Shown in pieces: positions 57,394 through 64,000 of a stretch of DNA of 64,000 nucleotides. The stretch's first letter is position 1; the number at the start of each line of letters is the position of its first letter. A program made the translations under genes and the position numbers. The DNA comes from Verrucomicrobiales bacterium. Its GTDB lineage: Bacteria > Verrucomicrobiota > Verrucomicrobiia > Limisphaerales > UBA9464. The stretch is from contig JAIXZE010000083.1 of assembly GCA_027489875.1 (NCBI GenBank), positions 6,740 through 70,739 on the forward strand. The letters are read 5' to 3'. Below the pieces are notes generated by a model that saw only the letters and a list, made by a program, of their open reading frames with translations, ran no database searches and had not been told where the DNA came from.

Positions 57394-57857
57394 TGGAGGA
57401 CGGGCGGCCCCGCTTTTGGATTCCTTGGTACGACCGATGGAACATGGTCTTGCCCATCGTGTTCGTGGCCGCTGTCGCTTGGCTGGCCTTTCAGCCGCGG
57501 AGCCGGGTTCCAGAACCTCCTTCACCGCCTGTGCGCCCCTTGAGCCCGGTGACCTTGGAAGCCCCAGCCAGCGGCGCCAGACTCCGCATGGACCGGATGG
57601 GCGAAGTGGAGGGGAGGGCGGAGAGGGGGACCACCGTGGTGTTGTTTTACTCCCAAGCCCCTTCGCTTGAGCGTCGCGAGTTGTCCCGGATGCAGGTGGG
57701 TTCTGATGGCCGCTACCGGTTTCGGTTGGCGGGTTTTCCTGTTGGCGGGTTCGTTTTCCAGGTAGTGGCGTATTCGCCAGACGGGCGGTCTGGTGGGTCG
57801 CCACCCGTCGACGTCTGGGTGGTGGATCCCCGGAGCCCGGGTCGGAGAAGTCCGTAG
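57390..57857 (+). CDS. hypothetical membrane-anchored protein with Ig-like beta-sandwich C-terminus
   Basis: ATG overlaps the upstream stop (ATGA). One TM helix, a Pro-rich linker and a beta-rich domain (GRAERGTTVVLFY...GRYRFRL...FQVVAYSPDG). Confidence 0.5.
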   Translation: MMEDGRPRFWIPWYDRWNMVLPIVFVAAVAWLAFQPRSRVPEPPSPPVRPLSPVTLEAPASGARLRMDRMGEVEGRAERGTTVVLFYSQAPSLERRELSRMQVGSDGRYRFRLAGFPVGGFVFQVVAYSPDGRSGGSPPVDVWVVDPRSPGRRSP

Positions 57858-59084
57858 CTACCGCTTTCGGGCGGGTCCGTAGAAGTAGCCTTTGCCAAGG
57901 CGGACGCCGCGCGTCTTACGGTCTGCGAGCGAGCCCAATCGCTGCTCGTCGAACAGGGCGGTGTACTGGTAATCGAAACCTTCGAGTTTGACCCGGTCGA
58001 CCTTCTTGCTGATGAACCGTTCGATGCCCGCTACGTGAGGTGCATCGCCGGCGGTCATCAGTGTGAAGGCGTCCCCGGATGCCTGAGCCCGGCCGGTACG
58101 ACCGATGCGGTGGACGTAGTCTTCGGGATGTTCGGGTACCTCGTAATTGATGACATGAGAGACGTCTGCGATGTCGAGACCTCGGGCAGCGACATCCGTC
58201 GCAACGAGGACCTCGTAATAGCCGGACTTGAAGCCTTCGAGAGCCTGTTGGCGTTCCTTTTGGCTGCGATCGGAGTGGATGACAGCTGCTTTGTGGTGTG
58301 CGCGTTTCAGGACGTTGACGACTTCGTCCGCGCTGCGTTTGGTCCGGCAGAAGAGAATGACGGATTCCCAATGGATTTGCTCGAGGAGAGCGAGGAGCAA
58401 GGCCTGCTTTTGGGCTAGCGCCACCGGATAGAGGACGTGTCGGACTGTTTCGGCCGGAGCCCGACGGGCTCCAATCTCCACTTTTACCGGGTCATGAAGA
58501 GCCCAGGCGCAGAGGGTTTCCAGAGCCGGTGGGATGGTGGCGGAAAAAAGCAGGGTCTGCCGCTCCTTTGGACACTTGAGGAGGATCCGGCGAACATCCG
58601 GTAGAAAGCCCATGTCGAGCATGCGGTCCGCCTCGTCGAGGACGACGAATTTGGTGCGATCCAGGCGCAGGGTGCCCTGTCCGAGGTGATCCAGGAGTCG
58701 TCCGGGGGTGGCGACCACGACATCGACGCCGCGGGCGAGGGCTTCACGCTGGGGGCCGTAACCGACCCCGCCGTAGATCAGGCCGACGCGAAGTTGGGTG
58801 TAGCGGGCGAACTTCAGGAAGTTGTCGTAGGTTTGCTGGGCGAGCTCCCGGGTTGGTTCGAGGACGAGGCAGCGGGGCCCTGGCCCATTTGGGCCCAGAC
58901 GACTCAAGATGGGGAGTGAGAATGCGGCGGTCTTGCCGGTCCCCGTTTGTGCTGAACCGATGATGTCGCAGCCATCCAGGATCAATGGAATGGCCTTCTC
59001 CTGAATGGGGGTCGGCTCTACGTACCCAAGGGCATCGACGGCATCATTGATTGCCGCACGGAGGCCCAGTTCTGAAAACCGCAT
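57858..59084 (-). CDS. DEAD-box ATP-dependent RNA helicase
   Basis: Q-motif (F.ELGL...GY..PTPIQ), AQTGTGKTAAF, PTRELA, DEAD (VLDEADRMLDMGF), SAT, HRIGRTGR. Start moved to ATG 59084; the upstream 174 codons are Arg/Pro-rich junk. Confidence 0.9.
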   Translation of the reverse strand: MRFSELGLRAAINDAVDALGYVEPTPIQEKAIPLILDGCDIIGSAQTGTGKTAAFSLPILSRLGPNGPGPRCLVLEPTRELAQQTYDNFLKFARYTQLRVGLIYGGVGYGPQREALARGVDVVVATPGRLLDHLGQGTLRLDRTKFVVLDEADRMLDMGFLPDVRRILLKCPKERQTLLFSATIPPALETLCAWALHDPVKVEIGARRAPAETVRHVLYPVALAQKQALLLALLEQIHWESVILFCRTKRSADEVVNVLKRAHHKAAVIHSDRSQKERQQALEGFKSGYYEVLVATDVAARGLDIADVSHVINYEVPEHPEDYVHRIGRTGRAQASGDAFTLMTAGDAPHVAGIERFISKKVDRVKLEGFDYQYTALFDEQRLGSLADRKTRGVRLGKGYFYGPARKR

Positions 59085-59152
59085 AAGGGAAGCTACCACG
59101 TGTGGGATGCCGGTACCAAGGTCTTCGTCAAGCTGGAGGGGCGGAATTCCCG

Positions 59153-60298
59153 TCAGGTTCTGGGTGGGTTGGCGGCGATCCGCTGGAGTTGGGCGACCAA
59201 CGAGGCGCAGACCGGTTCGGGAGAGTAGCGATCCAGCGCGAGCCGGCGGGCATCCGTTGAAAGCGCTAGCCTCCGGTTTTGGTTGCTGGCCAGTTGCCTG
59301 AAGGCGGCCGCGGCGGCTCCGACGTCTGTCATGGACACAGGGACCCCTCCTTGACCGCACTGCCATGTCATGACCGGGTCTGAGTGGTGAACCACGGGGA
59401 GTCCGGCCGCCAAGGCTTCCAGGATGGCGATGGAGAAGGGTTCTCCAAGCGATCCCAACGAATAGACGTCCGACGCATGCATCGCGTTGAGCAGGACTGT
59501 ACGATCGACCTTGCCCAGCCAGCGAACGCGTTCCCCGAGGGCCGTGTTGACTGCTTGATAGGTTTCCGCGGCGCCGTCCTCGTCTGCGCCTGCGTGGATG
59601 AGCCATGTGTTTGGGTCGGCAGCAGCCACCTCGGCGGCGAGGTGGTCGAGGCGCTTCCTGCTGGCGGTGCCCACTGGACCGATGGTCAGCACGACGAAAG
59701 CGCTTGCTGGAAGGCCAAGCCGTGATCTGGCGGCGAGGCGTTCCTCGGTGGAAGGAGGACGGAAGTGGACGACGTTTGTGAAGTGAGGGACAGCGAAGAA
59801 CCGATTGGAATCAGGTTCGGGAACCAGAGTGCGAGCCTCGGCGAGGTAGGCGTCGGCGAGCAGGTGGACTCCGTCGAAAGGGCGTGCCCACGAAGGCGAA
59901 AGGCGCATCCCGTTCATGAACACAATTCGCGAGCGATGCCAGCGGCGCAATCGGTGCAGGGTGTAGGAGAATCCGGGATCGCCGGAGTAGATAATGTCGG
60001 GCCGGAATCGACGGATGCGCCAAAGGACCGATGGAATCTGGCTCAGTTGTTCAAAGTGGTAGCGCCGCCCCCAAGGCAACCGACGCAGCAAGCGGGAATC
60101 GCGATTCCACGAGAAGCATCTGCTGACAGGACGGCTTGGATGAGACAGCGGGCCGCCAGGCCAGAGTTCGACGTCCACGTCCTTCGGGAGGTGGTTGGCC
60201 AGGTCCAGCATCCAATGTTCGATGCCGCGAACGGTGTAACCCAACCCGGAGGAGACGAGTGCGAGGCGGAGGGGAGCTTTGGCAGGAGCGTGGGTCAT
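59153..60298 (-). CDS. glycosyltransferase family 4/1
   Basis: GT-B pattern with EPFSIAILEALAAGLPVVHH. ATG 60298 overlaps the stop of the pyruvyl transferase gene (ATGA). Confidence 0.8.
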   Translation of the reverse strand: MTHAPAKAPLRLALVSSGLGYTVRGIEHWMLDLANHLPKDVDVELWPGGPLSHPSRPVSRCFSWNRDSRLLRRLPWGRRYHFEQLSQIPSVLWRIRRFRPDIIYSGDPGFSYTLHRLRRWHRSRIVFMNGMRLSPSWARPFDGVHLLADAYLAEARTLVPEPDSNRFFAVPHFTNVVHFRPPSTEERLAARSRLGLPASAFVVLTIGPVGTASRKRLDHLAAEVAAADPNTWLIHAGADEDGAAETYQAVNTALGERVRWLGKVDRTVLLNAMHASDVYSLGSLGEPFSIAILEALAAGLPVVHHSDPVMTWQCGQGGVPVSMTDVGAAAAAFRQLASNQNRRLALSTDARRLALDRYSPEPVCASLVAQLQRIAANPPRT

Positions 60299-61278
60299 GA
60301 TCGGGCAACTTGGCGAAGTTTGGTGAACTGGGCTCGCCATTGGTCAATGGCTGCGACGGGCAGCCGGATATGGAAGGGGGCTGGTTCACGGATCCATTGC
60401 CGGATCGCATCGAAATCCTTCCTTCCGGCGGTTCTCAGGCCAGTGTCACGTCGGATTTCGGCGGCCCGATTGTCGATTTCGATGATGAGGGATCGGCGGC
60501 GGTGATTGAGGCAATGGACCCCGCCGTGGAGTCGGGTTCCGATGTAATCGAAGTCGCGGTGATTCCGGGTGAAATGGGTGAAGGCATCGAACGATCGCTC
60601 CAGCAGGGTGAGGTTTCCCTTGAGTTGACGGACGTATTGGAGGTCGGTGGCGCCCTGGGGCCAAAAGTAGACGGTGCGGTACTCGGAGTTCAGCAAGGTG
60701 ATCAGGCGTTGGTCGGCTTCCGGATCCTGATCATAATCCGTCAGGAGGAGCAGGGCATCCTGGGCTTTTCGGATTGGAGTTTGGTCGGGGCCAGCGCCGA
60801 CCAGCGGCCAGAGGGTGGGGCAGCAGGTGTTGACGGCATTTGTGTAACCGCCGGCAGCGAGTTGGTTCACTGAGTACTGGTCGCGCAGGGAGTGGAGGCC
60901 CTTCCCGGACAACAGCAGTCGGAGAAAGATGCGGGTGAACAGATTTGGGGGACGCTGGTAGGTCCACCACCCGACTCCCAGGAGGAGGGTCCGGCGCATC
61001 CCCAGCGCGTGTTTGGGTGAGATCACCCATTGCCGGTACCGATTCATCTCCGAGGTGAGAAGGTTGGTTCCCCCGGCGATGCACAAATCAGCGTTCCTGA
61101 GTTCACGCCTCAGTTCCGGCGTGGGTGGGGCAAAAGTTGAGATGCGGATGATCTGCCAGCCTTCGAAAAGGCTGTGAATCTCGCGCAGGACGGCCTGTTG
61201 GATGATCAGGTTGCCGAGGTTTTCAGCAGGGGTTCCGTCGTGGGTCGATATCCCCGGGTCGAACAGGCAGAGGCGCAT
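60295..61278 (-). CDS. polysaccharide pyruvyl transferase family protein
   Basis: Start set to ATG 61278 (MRLCLFDPG). N-terminal NLGNLIIQQAV and GGTNLL motifs fit PF04230-type enzymes. Confidence 0.7.
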   Translation of the reverse strand: MRLCLFDPGISTHDGTPAENLGNLIIQQAVLREIHSLFEGWQIIRISTFAPPTPELRRELRNADLCIAGGTNLLTSEMNRYRQWVISPKHALGMRRTLLLGVGWWTYQRPPNLFTRIFLRLLLSGKGLHSLRDQYSVNQLAAGGYTNAVNTCCPTLWPLVGAGPDQTPIRKAQDALLLLTDYDQDPEADQRLITLLNSEYRTVYFWPQGATDLQYVRQLKGNLTLLERSFDAFTHFTRNHRDFDYIGTRLHGGVHCLNHRRRSLIIEIDNRAAEIRRDTGLRTAGRKDFDAIRQWIREPAPFHIRLPVAAIDQWRAQFTKLRQVARS

Positions 61279-61441
61279 TGATTCAGCGGTGTAACCGTTG
61301 CCGACCGAGTTGGAGGCCGGAGAGGTGCACACGGCAACGAAAGGCCAAAAACTAGAGTGTGTGTGAGGAAGGTGGCAACCCCGGATTTCGAAGGCCAGGC
61401 GCGGCGGGCGCATCTTGACACTGCCTCCTTTTGGAAGGAAT

Positions 61442-61508
61442 TCGGGGTGGCGATGTCCTCATCGCCTTGGGAATGGCTTTGGAACGGCGACGAGGACGTC
61501 GCCACCCC
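61442..61508. repeat. Palindromic REP-like element, copy 2, in the divergent pyruvyl-transferase / cysE region
   Basis: cggggtggcgatgtcctcatcgcc / loop ttgggaatggctttggaac / ggcgacgaggacgtcgccaccccg. Same arms, same loop length (19 nt) and shared loop core gaatggct as copy 1. Confidence 0.8.
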
Positions 61509-61599
61509 GTTCCTCACGGGGCAGTTTCAAGATGCGCCCAGGCGCGGCCAAGGCGGGGCTGTCCGTGACAAAGTCGGGCGGATTCCGGATGCTGGCGCC

Positions 61600-62517
61600 G
61601 TGAATTTTCCGATTACGGAGCTCACGGATGCGTTGCTGGTCAGCTACCGCCGACATGGAGGGATCAACCATGTGGATGGGGCCAATCTTCCGTCGCGGGG
61701 TGCGGTGGTCGACATTGCCAAGGATCTTCTCAGGTTGCTGTTTCCTGGGTTCTTCGACGACAAGGTCGTCCATTCCTCCGAGTTGAAGGCGGAGACGGCG
61801 TTGTTGATGGACTCGGTCGGCGGTCGGTTGGAAGACGAGGTCTGCAAGAGTCTGAGCTGTTTCCAATGCCCGGATCCGGCGGTGGCGGATCCGCGCCAGG
61901 CAGCCTTCACGCTGACGGCGAAGTTCCTGCGACGGTTGCCCGCCGTCCGGGAACTATTGCAGACCGACGTGGATGCGGCGTTCGAGGGAGACCCGGCAGC
62001 GCGGAGTCGGGAGGAGATCATTACGGCCTACCCCTTCATCGAGGCGATTGCGGTGCAGCGACTGGCGCACGAATTGCAGGAGGCGGGCGTGCCGTTGCTC
62101 CCACGGATGATGACCGAGTGGGCGCACAGCCGGACGGGTATCGATATCCATCCAGGCGCGAGGATCGGGACCCACTTCTTCATCGACCACGGAACCGGCA
62201 CGGTGATCGGGGAAACCTGCGTGATCGGGAACCGCGTGAAGATCTTCCACGGCGTCACGCTGGGTGCCACGAGTACCTCGGGTGGACAGGCGCTGCGGGG
62301 AAAGAAGCGACACCCGACGATCGAGGACAACGTAACGATCTATTCCGGGGCAGTGATCCTTGGCGGCGAGACGGTGATTGGGGCGGGTTCAACGATCGGC
62401 GGCAATGTGTTCCTGTTGCAGAGCGTGCCCCCGGATTCGGTGGTGTTGAACGAGGAGATCAAGACGCGGGTGATGCCGAAGAAGAACCGGTTGGCGGCGA
62501 TGGACTGGCAGATCTGA
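61600..62517 (+). CDS. cysE: serine O-acetyltransferase (long, ~305-aa form)
   Basis: Left-handed beta-helix hexapeptide region (GIDIHPGARIG..FFIDHGTGTVIGET..IGN.V.I.HGVTLG...KRHPTIEDNV.I..GA.ILG) preceded by the SATase N-terminal helical domain. Start uncertain. In-frame GTG 61600 is chosen because the ATGs at 61357 and 61453 lie before or inside the repeat element. The stop at 62517 is firm. Confidence 0.8.
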   Translation: MNFPITELTDALLVSYRRHGGINHVDGANLPSRGAVVDIAKDLLRLLFPGFFDDKVVHSSELKAETALLMDSVGGRLEDEVCKSLSCFQCPDPAVADPRQAAFTLTAKFLRRLPAVRELLQTDVDAAFEGDPAARSREEIITAYPFIEAIAVQRLAHELQEAGVPLLPRMMTEWAHSRTGIDIHPGARIGTHFFIDHGTGTVIGETCVIGNRVKIFHGVTLGATSTSGGQALRGKKRHPTIEDNVTIYSGAVILGGETVIGAGSTIGGNVFLLQSVPPDSVVLNEEIKTRVMPKKNRLAAMDWQI

Positions 62518-62531
62518 ACGTATTCCGATTC

Positions 62532-63002
62532 ATGAAGTCTTCATTCCAGATCCGGCCCGCGGCGCTGTCCGATGCCGGGATCATTGCGGAGTACAACCGT
62601 GCCTTGGCCCGCGAGACCGAAGGGAGGGATCTCGATCCGGAACGGATCGGGCCGGGTGTGGTGGCGGTGCTGGAGGATGCGTCGAAGGGGCGGTATCTCG
62701 TGGCGGAACGGGACGGCAAGGTGATCGGACAGTTGATGGTGACGTTTGAATGGAGCGATTGGCGGAACGGAATGTTCTGGTGGATCCAGAGCGTTTACGT
62801 GGCTCCGGAGGAGCGGGGGTGTGGCGTGTTCGGTGCTCTGTATCGGGCGGTGGAGTCCGAGGCGCGGGCCAACCCGGGGATTTGCGGTCTCCGGTTGTAC
62901 ATGGAACACCACAACGAGCGTGCGCGGGTGGCGTACGTGAAGTTGGGGATGAAGGCGGCCGGGTACGAGGTGTTCGAGAAGGACTTCACGCGATTGGGGT
63001 GA
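62532..63002 (+). CDS. GNAT family N-acetyltransferase
   Basis: ATG at 62532. The motif A region (WIQSVYVAPEERGCGVFGALY) is typical of GNAT. Confidence 0.85.
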   Translation: MKSSFQIRPAALSDAGIIAEYNRALARETEGRDLDPERIGPGVVAVLEDASKGRYLVAERDGKVIGQLMVTFEWSDWRNGMFWWIQSVYVAPEERGCGVFGALYRAVESEARANPGICGLRLYMEHHNERARVAYVKLGMKAAGYEVFEKDFTRLG

Positions 63003-63062
63003 AGTGGGAGGCGACCAACCCGCGACCGATGTGGACTTCGGTGGGGGGAGTTGCCTCTCGAA

Positions 63063-64000
63063 TCACTGGATTGGGTCGAGTCGCCAAAAGCGTGCTTCTG
63101 CGGTGCGGATCGAGACGGGCGCTGAGTACTCTCCGCCGGTGCCGGTGACAATGCCGCCGTGGTCGGTCCAAGCCTTGAGGTCGGTGGACCACTGGAGCCG
63201 GTAGTTCTGGCCGGGGACTGTCTGGAAATGGAGTTCGATGGCTGGGCTGACGGTGAGTCGGTCGTCGATTTGGCGGAGGCGGGCGACCTCGGCGGAACTG
63301 AGGGGGCGGTCGAAGATCAGCATTTCGTCGATGGCGCCCTGGAAGGCGTAGGGGTAGGCAGTCTGGCCGCCGACGAAGTAACCCACATTCATGCCGATCC
63401 CGAATTGGTGCTGGGCAGCCAGTGGTCCGGAGACGCGGAGGTAGGGAAGCAGGGCGGACTTCCTGAGGATGCCATCAAGGTAGATCGAACAGGTGCCAAC
63501 GTTCGAACCGTCGAGGGTTTCGAAGGTGACTGCAACGTGGCTCCATATGCCCACGGAAAGGAGGGCATCCGTGGTGATCGATCCCCAGTTCGGGTTGGCG
63601 AACTGGTTCCATAGCTGGACCATGATCGAGCCCTGGTAGATGGAGATGTGGCCTGAGAGGCCGTTGTTGCCTTCAGAATAAAAATTGCCCGGGGCCGACG
63701 GGGATAGGTTGTCCGGTCGTACCCACGCGGCCCAGCTCCATGCCCTCCGGTTCTTGAAGTAGTCCGTGGTCTTCGAGCCAACCAGTCCGCTGCCGGTAGT
63801 GAGGAGGGCTTCGCTGGCGTTGCCGAAACGGTCGGGGGCAAAATTGGCGGTCTTGGCTTCGAGGCCAGGGGTTGGTCGAGCGCCGTTGTGGACGTAGCCG
63901 GCGAAGCGGAAGTCGGCGAGAAGGCCCGAGGGCAGCTGGGCCTGGAGCGTCACGAAAGCGGTCGCTGTCGCGAACAGGGAAGTGATGATCTGGGCAAATC
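63063..64000 (-). CDS. LamG/concanavalin-A-like lectin domain secreted protein; 5' end beyond the window
   Basis: The frame stays open past the GTG at 63953 to the window edge, and the upstream residues read like a signal peptide (FAQIITSLFATATAF). LamG-like core (WSHVAVTF...IYLDG...IDEMLIFDRPLS) and a C-terminal YRLQWSTDLKAW beta-sandwich. Confidence 0.75.
   Translation of the reverse strand, partial: FAQIITSLFATATAFVTLQAQLPSGLLADFRFAGYVHNGARPTPGLEAKTANFAPDRFGNASEALLTTGSGLVGSKTTDYFKNRRAWSWAAWVRPDNLSPSAPGNFYSEGNNGLSGHISIYQGSIMVQLWNQFANPNWGSITTDALLSVGIWSHVAVTFETLDGSNVGTCSIYLDGILRKSALLPYLRVSGPLAAQHQFGIGMNVGYFVGGQTAYPYAFQGAIDEMLIFDRPLSSAEVARLRQIDDRLTVSPAIELHFQTVPGQNYRLQWSTDLKAWTDHGGIVTGTGGEYSAPVSIRTAEARFWRLDPIQ

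Noticed and set aside
1-64000. CRISPR arrays, rRNA, tRNA, RNase P, tmRNA, retron/DGR reverse transcriptases and obvious defence or toxin-antitoxin modules.
   Set aside because: I saw no regularly spaced direct repeats, no GGTTCGAATCC-type T-arms in any intergenic region over 70 nt, no GAGGAAAGTCC RNase P core and no RT (YxDD) ORF. This visual scan cannot fully exclude small RNAs; running tRNAscan-SE and Infernal would settle it.

Overview
GC-rich bacterial chromosomal segment with about 58 credible protein genes. I found no rRNA, tRNA or CRISPR array by eye. The gene content suggests the PVC superphylum, probably Verrucomicrobiota: a giant PSCyt/WD40/DUF1549/DUF1553 protein, a PEP-CTERM protein, and many lipoproteins and Tat substrates. 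That placement is inference only. Most of the window is core housekeeping:
- a translationally coupled Tol-Pal operon, tatA/tatC and ftsB
- a P-type ATPase
- pyrG-kdsB, hisF/hisI, trpE, purM, cimA, corA, apgM and cysE
- several glycosyltransferases and a sigma-54 two-component pair

The ORF track uses GTG/TTG as well as ATG starts and always takes the longest ORF. I re-picked starts wherever an internal ATG, a signal peptide or a neighbour's stop codon argued for it. Many long ORFs antisense to real genes are GC-driven artefacts.

I do not see a convincing new multi-gene system such as a defence island, retroelement or CRISPR locus. The observations most worth follow-up are:
1. a tail-anchored double zinc-ribbon gene embedded in the Tol-Pal operon
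2. a four-lipoprotein LpoB/YcfL-type cassette upstream of kdsB-pyrG
3. an intrinsic-terminator/antiterminator leader in front of cimA
4. a roughly 67-bp palindromic repeat family (two full copies and one half copy)
5. a 1.6-kb ORF-less tract that reads as a heavily frameshifted IS66-family transposase relic
6. a local cyclic-nucleotide module (FecR-like protein, CHASE2 cyclase, cNMP-binding DUF1003 protein)
7. a small coiled-coil/AT-hook/winged-helix protein with H-NS-like architecture

All family assignments come from motif recognition by eye and need HMM or BLAST confirmation.
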